Assembly: GCA_044866005.1 (NCBI GenBank) | Contig: JBIOTN010000212.1 | Location: forward strand, 1 to 20,188 | Length of the DNA stretch: 20,188 nucleotides | Reading direction: 5' to 3' | Origin: Candidatus Rokuibacteriota bacterium | GTDB taxonomy: Bacteria; Methylomirabilota; Methylomirabilia; Rokubacteriales; DASRDR01 | Shown here: positions 7,749 to 15,905 of the stretch, piece by piece | Layout: each line of letters opens with the position of its first letter | Numbering within the stretch: the stretch's first letter is position 1 | The notes under the pieces: model-generated | What the model was told of the DNA's origin: nothing | The model's database searches: none | The model's input: the letters and a program-made list of their open reading frames with translations, nothing else | Program-made: the position numbers and the translations under genes

Positions 7749-7786
7749 CGCGCGCGCCGGCGGCCGCCCGGCCGCACCTCCCTCAT
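7745..7786 (-). CDS. Possible 13-aa upstream ORF (MREVRPGGRRRAR) coupled to xth
   Basis: A GGGAGG SD at 7795-7800 precedes ATG 7786. Its TGA overlaps the xth GTG start as GTGA (7748-7745). Confidence 0.35.
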   Translation of the reverse strand: MREVRPGGRRRAR

Positions 7787-7817
7787 CGAGGAATCCTCCC
7801 CCCGGCCCGGCGCCCGG

Positions 7818-8468
7818 TCAACCGGCGAAGCCCTTCTGCCGCAGGATCTCGGCGATCCGCGCCCGGTGCGCCGTCTCCCACGCCTCCAGGGACTCCGCGG
7901 CCTCCCGCGCCGCGCGCGCCTGGGCGGCCCGGAGCACGGGCCCGGCGCGGTCCGCCGGCACGACGACGATCCCCTCCTCGTCCGCGACCACGACGTCGCC
8001 GGGCCGCACCTCGACCCCGCCCGCCCGGACCGGCCCGTTCAGGACGTCGAGCGCGTCCTTGGCCCCGGGGATCGGCATCACGCCGCGCGCGAAGACGGGG
8101 AAGCTCCGCTCGCGCGTCTCGGCGACGTCCCGGATCACGCCGTCCACGACGAAGGCCGCGATCCCGCGCTTCTGGGCGACCGCGCAGACGTTGCCGCCCG
8201 CGACCGCGTAATCCGTGTCCCCCGCCTGGACGACCAGGACCGCGCCCGGGGGCGCGCGGTGGATCGCCGCGTGGACCATGAGGTTGTCGCCGGGCGGGCA
8301 CCGCACGGGGTACGCGGGCCCCGCGACGCGCGGGATCCCGGCCCACAGGGGCCGGATCCCGATGTCCATGACGCGGTCGCGCGTCAGCACGTCGGCCAGC
8401 GTGGTGGGCGAGAGTCGCGCGAAGGCCGCGTACACGCTCGTCTCGCTCGCCGTGGCGTCAGCCGTCAT
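7818..8468 (-). CDS. RraA-family protein (HMG/CHA aldolase-like)
   Basis: VAGPAYPVRCPPGDNL, AVAGGNV, VVDGVIRD and VRPGDVVVADEEGIVVVP motifs. AAGGAG SD upstream. Confidence 0.9.
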   Translation of the reverse strand: MTADATASETSVYAAFARLSPTTLADVLTRDRVMDIGIRPLWAGIPRVAGPAYPVRCPPGDNLMVHAAIHRAPPGAVLVVQAGDTDYAVAGGNVCAVAQKRGIAAFVVDGVIRDVAETRERSFPVFARGVMPIPGAKDALDVLNGPVRAGGVEVRPGDVVVADEEGIVVVPADRAGPVLRAAQARAAREAAESLEAWETAHRARIAEILRQKGFAG

Positions 8469-8573
8469 GGGCGCGCTCCTTTCCTGACCGTCCCCGAAAC
8501 GGGCCGGCGCGGCGACCCTCCCGCGGCCCTCGGCGCCGCGTGCCGGGGGCTCTCAGGGTAAGATACCCCAGCC

Positions 8574-8819
8574 ATGCGATACGTCGAAGAGCGCGACTTC
8601 ACGCTCCACCTCGACCTGCGCTGCGAGTTCCCCGACGGGTACGAGGGCGAGCAGGACGGCTACGCCTGGGTACGCGAGTTCCACGACGAGATCGTCCCCC
8701 GACTCGTCCAGGCCGCGGTCCGCCTGATCCGGGAGCGCCCCGGCTGGACGGTTCGTCCCGGCAACCGCGGCCGCCCGCCGGAGGACGAGGTCTCGCTGGT
8801 CCTCGAAAAGCAGCCCTGA
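8574..8819 (+). CDS. Hypothetical protein, 81 aa
   Basis: GC3-biased codons and globular-protein composition. It fills the gap between flanking genes, with a -10-like TAAGAT at 8559-8564. Confidence 0.75.
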   Translation: MRYVEERDFTLHLDLRCEFPDGYEGEQDGYAWVREFHDEIVPRLVQAAVRLIRERPGWTVRPGNRGRPPEDEVSLVLEKQP

Positions 8820-8831
8820 GGGCGTCGGCGC

Positions 8832-11159
8832 TCACGGCTCGAGGACCTGGCGCGCCGCGGCCTCCTCGCGGATCCGCCGCCAGTCGTACCGCATCGGGTA
8901 GAGCCGCAGCTCGGCCCACGCCGCCGCCTGGTCGGCGTAGTGCGGGCTCCCGGGGTGACCCGAGACCCCCAGGGGCACGACCCAGCCGCTCCGCTCCCAG
9001 TCGGCGAGGTCGAAGACGTAGCGGGCGACCGACGTCGCGGTCACCGTGTAGCCGGCCGTCGCCATGAAGGAGGCCGCCTGGACCGTGTCCCCGTCCCCGC
9101 CCGCGGGCACGCCCGGCGGGTCGAGGAGCGGGGCCATCGCGGGGAACAGGGCCGACAGGGGATGGCGCGGCCGGGTGGCATGGACCGCCCCCCAGCGCCA
9201 GGCGGCCAGGTCGGCCCCGAGCTCGTCGGTGAGCTCCGCCACGGCGCCGGCGAGCGCGCCCGCGAGCATCGCGGGCCAGTCCAGGCCGGGCGGGAGCAGC
9301 GTCCGGTCGTCCGCGCGGATCCACTCGGTGAGCCGCGCGCGCAGCCGCGCCATGTGCGCGACGGCGCCGCGGGGCGCGCCCGCAAACGCCTCGGGCGCGA
9401 GCGGGCCCAGGAGCGGCGTCATGAGGTCCCGCAGGAGCCGCTCGCGGAAGGCGCTGTAGACCGTCGCCGCCACGCTGTCGGGCTGCATCTCCCCGTCCCA
9501 GCCGAGGAGCGCCTCGAGGGCCGGGGCCGTGGGCCCGTCGGCGCCCGGCAGCCCGCGGAGCAGCGCGACGAACTCCCGCGCCGGGATGGAGCGCCGGTCG
9601 GCGTGGATGGCCGCCATGTCGGCCGCGGTCGCGCCGGCCGCGTCGCGGAGCCGCTCGACGAGCCGGCGGGTGCGGAAGTCGGGAGCGTAGTCCAGGCCGA
9701 TGTAGTGGGGATACCCGGGGCCCGTCACGCGGCTGTTCGCCGTGGCCACGAAGCCGACCGCCGGGTCCCGCAGCGCCGGCATCTCCTCGAAGGGGACCAC
9801 GCCGCGCCACTCGTGGGCCCCGTCCCAGCCGGGGACGGGCAGCCAGGCGTTCGCCATCGGCCGGATGGGGAGCTGGCCGCGCGTCCGGTACCCGATCGCG
9901 CCGTGGACGTCGGCGAAGACGAGGTTGTTGACCGGATCCACCCACGGCCGCATGGCCGCCTCCAGCTCATCCGCCGTCTGCGCCCGGAGCATCGGGAGCA
10001 AGGCCTCGAAGGTGCGGTTCGGCGCCGCGGTCGCGGTGTAGCGAAAGGCCAGGGCCGTCCCGCGCGTCGCGTCGCCGAGGACGATCGGGCCGTGATGCGT
10101 GGCGGCGAGGTCGACCTCCACCGGCGCCCCGCCGCGCACCCGGATCGTTTCCCGCCGGGTCTCCACCGGCCGCCACTGCCCGCGGAACTCGTACCGGCCG
10201 GGGTCCCCCGGCGCGAGGCGCTCGACGTAGAGGTCCTGGTAGTCGGCCGCGGTGTGCGTCACGCACCAGGCGACCGCCCGGGTATGGCCGAAGTGCGGGA
10301 AGCCCGGCACCCCGGGGAACGACAGCCCGATCGCGTCGAACTCGGGACAGGCCACGTGATTCGGATAGTAGACGTTCGGCACCTCGAGCGGGCGATGCGG
10401 GTCGCCGGCGACGAGGGGTCGGCCGGACGCCGTCCGCGTCCCCGCGAGCGCCCAGTTGTTGCTCCCGCTCTCCCACTCCGGCAGGCGCCCCAGCGCGGCC
10501 TCCCCCGCCGTCAGGCGCTCGAGTCCCTCCCAGCCGGGCCCGCGGTACTCCGCCCCCGGCGGCAGGATGAGCATCGGGTTGGGCGGCGTCCCGGGACAGA
10601 GCTCCGCGGTCCGCGCCGGCCCCAGGTGGCGCAGGAGCCGGGCGCGCCAGGCCTTGCTCTGCCAGGTGCCCATCAGGACGTGTCGGACCTTGAAGACGGC
10701 GAGGCAGTCCCAGGGCTCCCAGGCCTCGGGCGCGGCGTCGAGGAGCTGGAACTCGATCGGGAGCGCCGGCGCCGTGCGGACGAACGCGTTGACGCCGGCG
10801 GCATAGGCATCGAGCATCGCGCGGGTCTCCGCGTTCACCGCTCGATAGTCCGCCCGGGCGCTGGCCGAGAGGCCGAAGCACCGCATCTGGCGGTCTTCGG
10901 CCAGCCCCGCGGGCCCCGCGTACTCCGCCCAGCGCCCGGAGGCGCGGCGCCGGTCGTGCTCCATGTGCCAGAGCCGGTCCTGGGCGTGGACGAACCCCTG
11001 CGCGACGAATGCGTCCGCAACCGAGGCGGCGCGGACGTGGGCGACCCCCTGGGGGTCCCGCCAGACCTCGACCCGGGCTCCGAGGCCCGGCACGCGCAGG
11101 GTGCCTCCCACCGCGGGCAGCGCGCGCGCGAGGCGGTCGCGGGTCCGGACGTCCGTCAT
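8832..11159 (-). CDS. Penicillin acylase family (peptidase S45, Ntn-hydrolase), 775 aa, no evident signal peptide
   Basis: RDPQGVAHV, AQGFVHAQDRLWHME, the autoprocessing nucleophile motif GSNNW, GDPH, NLVFADVHGAIGY, ATANSR and GVSGHPGSPHYADQ. Start reassigned to ATG 11159 (AGAGG SD, 11 nt after the Omp85 stop). Confidence 0.93.
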   Translation of the reverse strand: MTDVRTRDRLARALPAVGGTLRVPGLGARVEVWRDPQGVAHVRAASVADAFVAQGFVHAQDRLWHMEHDRRRASGRWAEYAGPAGLAEDRQMRCFGLSASARADYRAVNAETRAMLDAYAAGVNAFVRTAPALPIEFQLLDAAPEAWEPWDCLAVFKVRHVLMGTWQSKAWRARLLRHLGPARTAELCPGTPPNPMLILPPGAEYRGPGWEGLERLTAGEAALGRLPEWESGSNNWALAGTRTASGRPLVAGDPHRPLEVPNVYYPNHVACPEFDAIGLSFPGVPGFPHFGHTRAVAWCVTHTAADYQDLYVERLAPGDPGRYEFRGQWRPVETRRETIRVRGGAPVEVDLAATHHGPIVLGDATRGTALAFRYTATAAPNRTFEALLPMLRAQTADELEAAMRPWVDPVNNLVFADVHGAIGYRTRGQLPIRPMANAWLPVPGWDGAHEWRGVVPFEEMPALRDPAVGFVATANSRVTGPGYPHYIGLDYAPDFRTRRLVERLRDAAGATAADMAAIHADRRSIPAREFVALLRGLPGADGPTAPALEALLGWDGEMQPDSVAATVYSAFRERLLRDLMTPLLGPLAPEAFAGAPRGAVAHMARLRARLTEWIRADDRTLLPPGLDWPAMLAGALAGAVAELTDELGADLAAWRWGAVHATRPRHPLSALFPAMAPLLDPPGVPAGGDGDTVQAASFMATAGYTVTATSVARYVFDLADWERSGWVVPLGVSGHPGSPHYADQAAAWAELRLYPMRYDWRRIREEAAARQVLEP

Positions 11160-11170
11160 CGGCGCGCCTC

Positions 11171-12682
11171 TTAGAAGGAGAGCCCGAAGGCCAGGGTGAA
11201 GTTCGTGCCCTCCCCCGAGAACCCCAGGTCGGCGCGGAAGAGGGCGGTGCGCTCGAGCGAGACGCGGAGGCCGATCCCGTAGCTCGTGTGGATGCGCGCG
11301 TCGGGGAGCCCGCCGAGGTCGTTCGCGACCGTGCCCGCCTCGACGAACGGGGCCAGGCCGATCCGCTCGATGCGGATCGTGTCGGTCAACGCGAAGCCGC
11401 GCGGCACGACCCAGAGTCGATACTCCGCCACGGCGTGCCAGGCCGAGTTCCCCGTGAACCGGTTCGCGATGTACCCCCGCAGCGTGTAGAGGCCGCCGAG
11501 GCTCGGCAGATCGTAATAGGCCAGGTCCCCGACGCTCGTCTGCACGTGGACTCCGAACGCGATCGAGTCGGTCGGCGGGTTCTCCTCGTAAGGGTCGCCG
11601 CCCCCGTGGAAGAGCGGCGGGACCGGGAAGGCCACGTTGCTGTAGACGGCGAAGACCGCGCCCACCTCGCCGCCGCTCTGCCAGACCGGGGCATCCACGC
11701 CCGCGCCGACGCGCCAGCCGCGATACGGCTGGTGCTGGCTGTCGCGCGTGTCGTAGCGGAGCGCCGCGCCGAGGGTCAGCGTGTCGCGGCCGTCCCCGGC
11801 GGCGAACAGCTCCGGGAAGACGTCGCCGGTGGAGGGCCGGCCCGGGATCCGGCCGCGGGAGAGGTTGTGGTGCTCCGCGCGCAGCCCGATCCCGGCGACC
11901 CAGTCGGCCGCCGGGCCCGGCAGGGCCATCTCCGCGCGCACGCCGAGGTCCGTGGCCTCGTCGGTGTAGCTCGTCTCCGCGCTCGGGCGCGTGTCGGGGC
12001 CGAGCCCGAAGAAGCGCCGGGTGAGGGTCTTCTGGTAGCCGCCGAAGGCGTCGAGCGCGCTCCGCTCCTCGACGATCACGCCGCCGGTGGGGAGGTCCTC
12101 GTGGAAGAGCCAGCGCCGCCAGATCAGGCGATACCGCTGCTGGCCCTCGGTCGTGTAGCTCAGGAAGGCGCCGAGGAACTCGGCCCGGCGCTGGGTGCGG
12201 AAGTCGATGTCGGTGAGCGCGATGCCGGCGCCCGTGCCGACCGCCTTCTCGCGGAAGAGCTGCGGGGCGATGAAGGTCGAGACGAGGAAGCGCTCGAAGA
12301 TGTTCCCGGGCTTGATCCGCCCCTCCGGGATGTAGCGCCACCGGCTCGGCTCGGGGAGGTCGGGCGGCAGCGGGACCTTCGGGATGCGGCCGCTCGGCTC
12401 CATCCCCTCGAGCGGGTCGTGCGGGCGGGGGCCCTCCGGCTCGGCCGGCGGCGCGGCCTGGGCGAGGCGCGCGGGCTCGGGGTCCGGCCCGGGCTGCGCC
12501 GCGGCGGGCGGAGCCAGGGCCAGGGTCGCGACTGCCAGCGCGGCGGCGTGACCGACCAGCCGCCGTCCGGCACGGACCCGATCCGCCGGGGCGGGGCCAC
12601 GCGGCGCGCGGGCGTGGCCGCCCCCACCGAGGGGAAGCGCCGGACGGGTCATCCGAGCCCGCCCCGGATCGGCCTGACGCAT
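11171..12682 (-). CDS. Omp85 (BamA/TamA) superfamily outer-membrane beta-barrel protein without evident POTRA domains
   Basis: Loop-6-type signature SLGGLYTLRGYIANRFTG, plus YDTRDS, SYGIGLR, alternating amphipathic strands and a C-terminal Phe (FTLAFGLSF). Signal-like segment AAALAVATLALAPPAAAQ. The exact start is uncertain (12682 or 12652). Confidence 0.82.
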   Translation of the reverse strand: MRQADPGRARMTRPALPLGGGGHARAPRGPAPADRVRAGRRLVGHAAALAVATLALAPPAAAQPGPDPEPARLAQAAPPAEPEGPRPHDPLEGMEPSGRIPKVPLPPDLPEPSRWRYIPEGRIKPGNIFERFLVSTFIAPQLFREKAVGTGAGIALTDIDFRTQRRAEFLGAFLSYTTEGQQRYRLIWRRWLFHEDLPTGGVIVEERSALDAFGGYQKTLTRRFFGLGPDTRPSAETSYTDEATDLGVRAEMALPGPAADWVAGIGLRAEHHNLSRGRIPGRPSTGDVFPELFAAGDGRDTLTLGAALRYDTRDSQHQPYRGWRVGAGVDAPVWQSGGEVGAVFAVYSNVAFPVPPLFHGGGDPYEENPPTDSIAFGVHVQTSVGDLAYYDLPSLGGLYTLRGYIANRFTGNSAWHAVAEYRLWVVPRGFALTDTIRIERIGLAPFVEAGTVANDLGGLPDARIHTSYGIGLRVSLERTALFRADLGFSGEGTNFTLAFGLSF

Positions 12683-12684
12683 GC

Positions 12685-13578
12685 TCAGAACTTCAGGCGC
12701 GGGTCGAGGGCGTCGCGCAGGCCGTCGCCCAGGAAGTTGAAGCTCAGGGTGGTGACGAAGATGGCGGCCCCCGGGGCGAGGCTGAGCCAGGGGGCCATCT
12801 CGAGATACTCGCGGCCCGCGCTCAGCATCGAGCCCCAGCTCGGCGTGGGCGGCTGCGCGCCGAGCCCCAGGAAGGAGAGCCCCGCCTCCGCGAGCACCGC
12901 GAAGGCGACGCGGAGCGACCCGTGGACGATGATCGGCGCCAGCACGCTGGGGACGATGTGGCGGAGGACGATCCGCCCGTCGCCCAGGCCCGCCGCGCGC
13001 GCGGCCTCCACGAACTCCTGCGCCCGGACGGACAGCACCTGGCCGCGGACGAGGCGCGCGAAGCCCGGGATGCCGACGATGCCGATGGCGATCATCGCGT
13101 GCATGATGCTCGGGCCGAGCGCGGCCGTGATGGCCAGCGCCAGGACCAGGGCGGGGAACGCCAGCAACCCGTCCATCACGCGCATCACGACCTCGTCGAC
13201 GACGCCGCCGCGATACCCGGCGACGAGCCCGAGGCCGACGCCGATCAGGAGGGAGATCGTCACCGAGAAGACGCCGACCGCCAGCGAGACGCGCGCGCCG
13301 TAGATGATCCGGCTCAGGATGTCGCGCCCGAGGTCGTCGGTCCCGAGGACGTGCCCCGACCCGGGCGGCCGCAGCATGTCTTCGAGCCGCTGGTCGGTCG
13401 GGTCCTGGGGGGCGAGGTACGGGGCGAAGACCGCCGCCACCACGAGCGCCGCGATGACGCCGAGCCCGACCTTCGCCAGGTGGCCGCGGAGGAGCCGGCC
13501 CAAGACCGCGGGGGCCTGCGGCCGCGGGCGCGCCAGGCCGCCGAGCGGGAGCGGGCGCCGGGCGAGATCGATGGCCAC
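12685..13578 (-). CDS. Peptide/nickel ABC transporter permease, DppC/OppC type
   Basis: HVLGTDDLGRDILSRIIYGARVSL, the EAA loop EFVEAARAAG, RHIVP, LSFLGLG, PSWG and NFLGDGLRDALDPR. Confidence 0.95.
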   Translation of the reverse strand: MAIDLARRPLPLGGLARPRPQAPAVLGRLLRGHLAKVGLGVIAALVVAAVFAPYLAPQDPTDQRLEDMLRPPGSGHVLGTDDLGRDILSRIIYGARVSLAVGVFSVTISLLIGVGLGLVAGYRGGVVDEVVMRVMDGLLAFPALVLALAITAALGPSIMHAMIAIGIVGIPGFARLVRGQVLSVRAQEFVEAARAAGLGDGRIVLRHIVPSVLAPIIVHGSLRVAFAVLAEAGLSFLGLGAQPPTPSWGSMLSAGREYLEMAPWLSLAPGAAIFVTTLSFNFLGDGLRDALDPRLKF

Positions 13579-13582
13579 GCGC

Positions 13583-14527
13583 TCAGTCGTAACGGATCCG
13601 CGGGTCGAGGTAGGCGTAGGCCACGTCCACCAGGAGGTTCACGACCAGGAAGTTCAGCGCCAGCAGCAGCACGACGCCCTGCACGATCGGAAAGTCCCGC
13701 TGGAAGATCGCGTCCACCAGGAGGCGCCCCACGCCCGGCAGCGCGAAGATGGTCTCCGTGATGATGGCCCCGCCGAGCAGCGCGCCCGCCTGGAGGCCGA
13801 CCACCGTGACGACGGGGATGAGCGCGTTCCCCAGGGCGTGCCGCAGGATCACGCCGCCTTCGCCGACGCCCTTGGCGCGGGCCGTCCGGACGAAGTCGAG
13901 CTGGAGCACCTCGAGCAGGCTCGAGCGCGTCATCCGCATCACCACCGCCGCCATGGCGGTGCCGAGCGTGATGGCGGGCAGGGCGAGCGAGCGGAGGCCG
14001 CCCCAGAGGTCGGCGACCGGGCTCACGTAGCCGAGCGGGGGCAGCCAGCGGAGCGTCACCGAGAAGAGGAAGATGAGGAGGATGGCCAGCCAGAAGTTCG
14101 GGAGCGAGATCCCGGACAGCGCCGCGAGCGTGCCGGCGATGTCGGCGGCCGAGTTGCGGCGGACGGCCGACACGATTCCCGCGGGGAGCGCCACCACCAG
14201 CGCGAGCAGCGTGGCCGCGGCCGCGAGGTTCAGCGTGACGGGCAGCCGCTCGAGGATGGCCTCGGCGACCGGCTGGTTCGTGCGGATCGACCGGCCGAGC
14301 TCGCCGCGCGCGGCCCGGCTGACCCACGTCAGGTACTGGATCGGCAGCGGGCGGTCCAGCCCGAGCGCCTTGCGGAGCGCCGCCGCCGCCACGGGGTCGG
14401 CCTCTTCCCGCAGCATGATGGCCACGGGGTCGCCGGGGGTGAGGTGAATGAGGGAGAACACCATCACGCTCACCACCCCGAGGACGGGCACCATGGCGCC
14501 CAGGCGGCGGATCAGATAGCCCAGCAT
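13583..14527 (-). CDS. Peptide/nickel ABC transporter permease, DppB/OppB type
   Basis: PGDP, LGLDRPLPIQY, GELGRS, DFVRTARAKG, ITETIFALPGVG, RDFPIVQG and YLDPRI. Confidence 0.95.
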   Translation of the reverse strand: MLGYLIRRLGAMVPVLGVVSVMVFSLIHLTPGDPVAIMLREEADPVAAAALRKALGLDRPLPIQYLTWVSRAARGELGRSIRTNQPVAEAILERLPVTLNLAAAATLLALVVALPAGIVSAVRRNSAADIAGTLAALSGISLPNFWLAILLIFLFSVTLRWLPPLGYVSPVADLWGGLRSLALPAITLGTAMAAVVMRMTRSSLLEVLQLDFVRTARAKGVGEGGVILRHALGNALIPVVTVVGLQAGALLGGAIITETIFALPGVGRLLVDAIFQRDFPIVQGVVLLLALNFLVVNLLVDVAYAYLDPRIRYD

Positions 14528-14610
14528 TCCTCAATCGGCTCGCAGCCGGTCGGTACGGGCCACGCGGGCCGCACTCGCATCACCGCGGCGGGTACGACGT
14601 TCCACTTCGA

Positions 14611-14678
14611 GCGGCGGCTGTGCCGCCGCAACCTCCCGGGGGAGGCCTCGGAAAGGGCCGCGGAGGCCCCCTCCGAGG
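14611..14678 (-). repeat. Three abutting inverted repeats (structured intergenic element; REP-like or RNA-stability element)
   Basis: As minus-strand RNA: CCUCGGAGGGGGCC-UCCGC-GGCCCUUUCCGAGG (14 bp with two G-U pairs, 14678-14646), CCUCC-CCCG-GGAGG (14645-14632) and GCGGCGGC-ACA-GCCGCCGC (14629-14611). Confidence 0.6.
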
Positions 14679-14682
14679 AAAA

Positions 14683-15885
14683 CTAGCGGTCCAGTTGCTC
14701 GATCGTGGCGGTCGAGGGCGGCCGGCGCGCCCGGAGACGCCGGGCGACCGCCTCGGCGCCGCGGAGGGCGCGGAGCAGGTTGCCGCCCGCGAGCCGGACG
14801 AGCTCCGCGTCGCGCCAGCCGCGGCGGACGAGCTCCGCGAAGAGGTACGGATAGCGCGAGGTGTCTTCCAGACCGACCGGCCAGTCGTCGTTCCCGTCGT
14901 AGTCGCCGCCGATCCCGATGTGCTGCCCCCCCGCGACGTCGCGGGCGTGCTCGACGTGGTCCGCCACCTGCCCGATCGTGGCGGGGGGCAGCGGGTGAGC
15001 GGCGAAGTACTCGCGCTCGATGCGCTTGCGCTCCGCCCGGTCGGTGACGCCCGCCGTCCGCTTCTGCACCTCCGCCATGCCGGCCGTGTGGGCGGCGGCC
15101 ACCGCGGGCGAGACGAACGGCGCCACGAAGGTGATCATGACGACGCCACCGTTCTGCCGGAGACGCCGGAGGATGTCGTCGGGCACGTTCCGGGGGTGAT
15201 CGGTCAACGCCCGGCACGAGGAGTGGGAAAAGATGACGGGCGCCTCGGAGACGCGGAGCGCCGCGTCCATCACGGCCGGCGAGACGTGGGCGAGGTCCAC
15301 CAGCATGCCGAGGCGGTTCATCTCCCGGACGACCTCTTCGCCGAACCGCGTGAGCCCGCCGTGCCGCGGGACGTCGAGCCCGGCGTCGGCCCAGTCGAGC
15401 GTGACGTTGTGCGTGAGCGTCATGTACCGCGCGCCCAGCGCGTAGTAGGCGCGGAGCGCGCCCAGCGAGTTCTCGAGGGCGTGGCCGCCCTCCAGGCCGA
15501 GGAGCGAGGCGATGCGGCGCCGGCGGATGGCCGCGGTGATGTCGGCGGCGGTCAGCGCGGGCGCGAGGTGGTCGGGGTAGCGGGCGATCACGCGCCGCGC
15601 GATGTCGATCTGCTCGAGCTGGAGGCGGGCGAAGCCCTCCGACGGCGCGTCGCCGGGGACGTACACGGACCAGAACTGCCCGCCCACCCGTCCCGCGCGG
15701 AGCCGCGCCAGGTCGGTCTGTCCCGGGGTCGGACGCCGCAGGTCGTACGCCTCGACGTCGCCCGGGGCCTTGGCGTGCTGCCGGATCGTCCAGGCCAGGT
15801 CGTTGTGCCCGTCGATCAGCGGGTGCCGGTCGAGGAGGCGCCGCGCCCGCCGGAGCGCCCGGTCCGCGTGCGCGCGAGACGGCAT
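14683..15885 (-). CDS. Membrane/renal dipeptidase family (peptidase M19), 400 aa, no evident signal peptide
   Basis: IDGHND, GGQFWSVY, LEGGH, YMTLTH, VDLAHVS, IFSHSS, HPRNVPD and GIGGDYDG. Start reassigned to ATG 15885. Confidence 0.93.
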   Translation of the reverse strand: MPSRAHADRALRRARRLLDRHPLIDGHNDLAWTIRQHAKAPGDVEAYDLRRPTPGQTDLARLRAGRVGGQFWSVYVPGDAPSEGFARLQLEQIDIARRVIARYPDHLAPALTAADITAAIRRRRIASLLGLEGGHALENSLGALRAYYALGARYMTLTHNVTLDWADAGLDVPRHGGLTRFGEEVVREMNRLGMLVDLAHVSPAVMDAALRVSEAPVIFSHSSCRALTDHPRNVPDDILRRLRQNGGVVMITFVAPFVSPAVAAAHTAGMAEVQKRTAGVTDRAERKRIEREYFAAHPLPPATIGQVADHVEHARDVAGGQHIGIGGDYDGNDDWPVGLEDTSRYPYLFAELVRRGWRDAELVRLAGGNLLRALRGAEAVARRLRARRPPSTATIEQLDR

Positions 15886-15905
15886 CCCGTCCGGGCCGCC
15901 GGGTC

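Noticed and set aside
11160..12341. 1169-aa giant acylase fusion
   Set aside because: The extension is an Arg/Pro/Gly-rich out-of-frame reading of the Omp85 gene. Acylase similarity begins at ATG 11159.
14531..15217. 228-aa ORF ending just before the permease start
   Set aside because: Mostly an alternate frame inside the dipeptidase. Its tail runs through the hairpin element and has no protein-like features.
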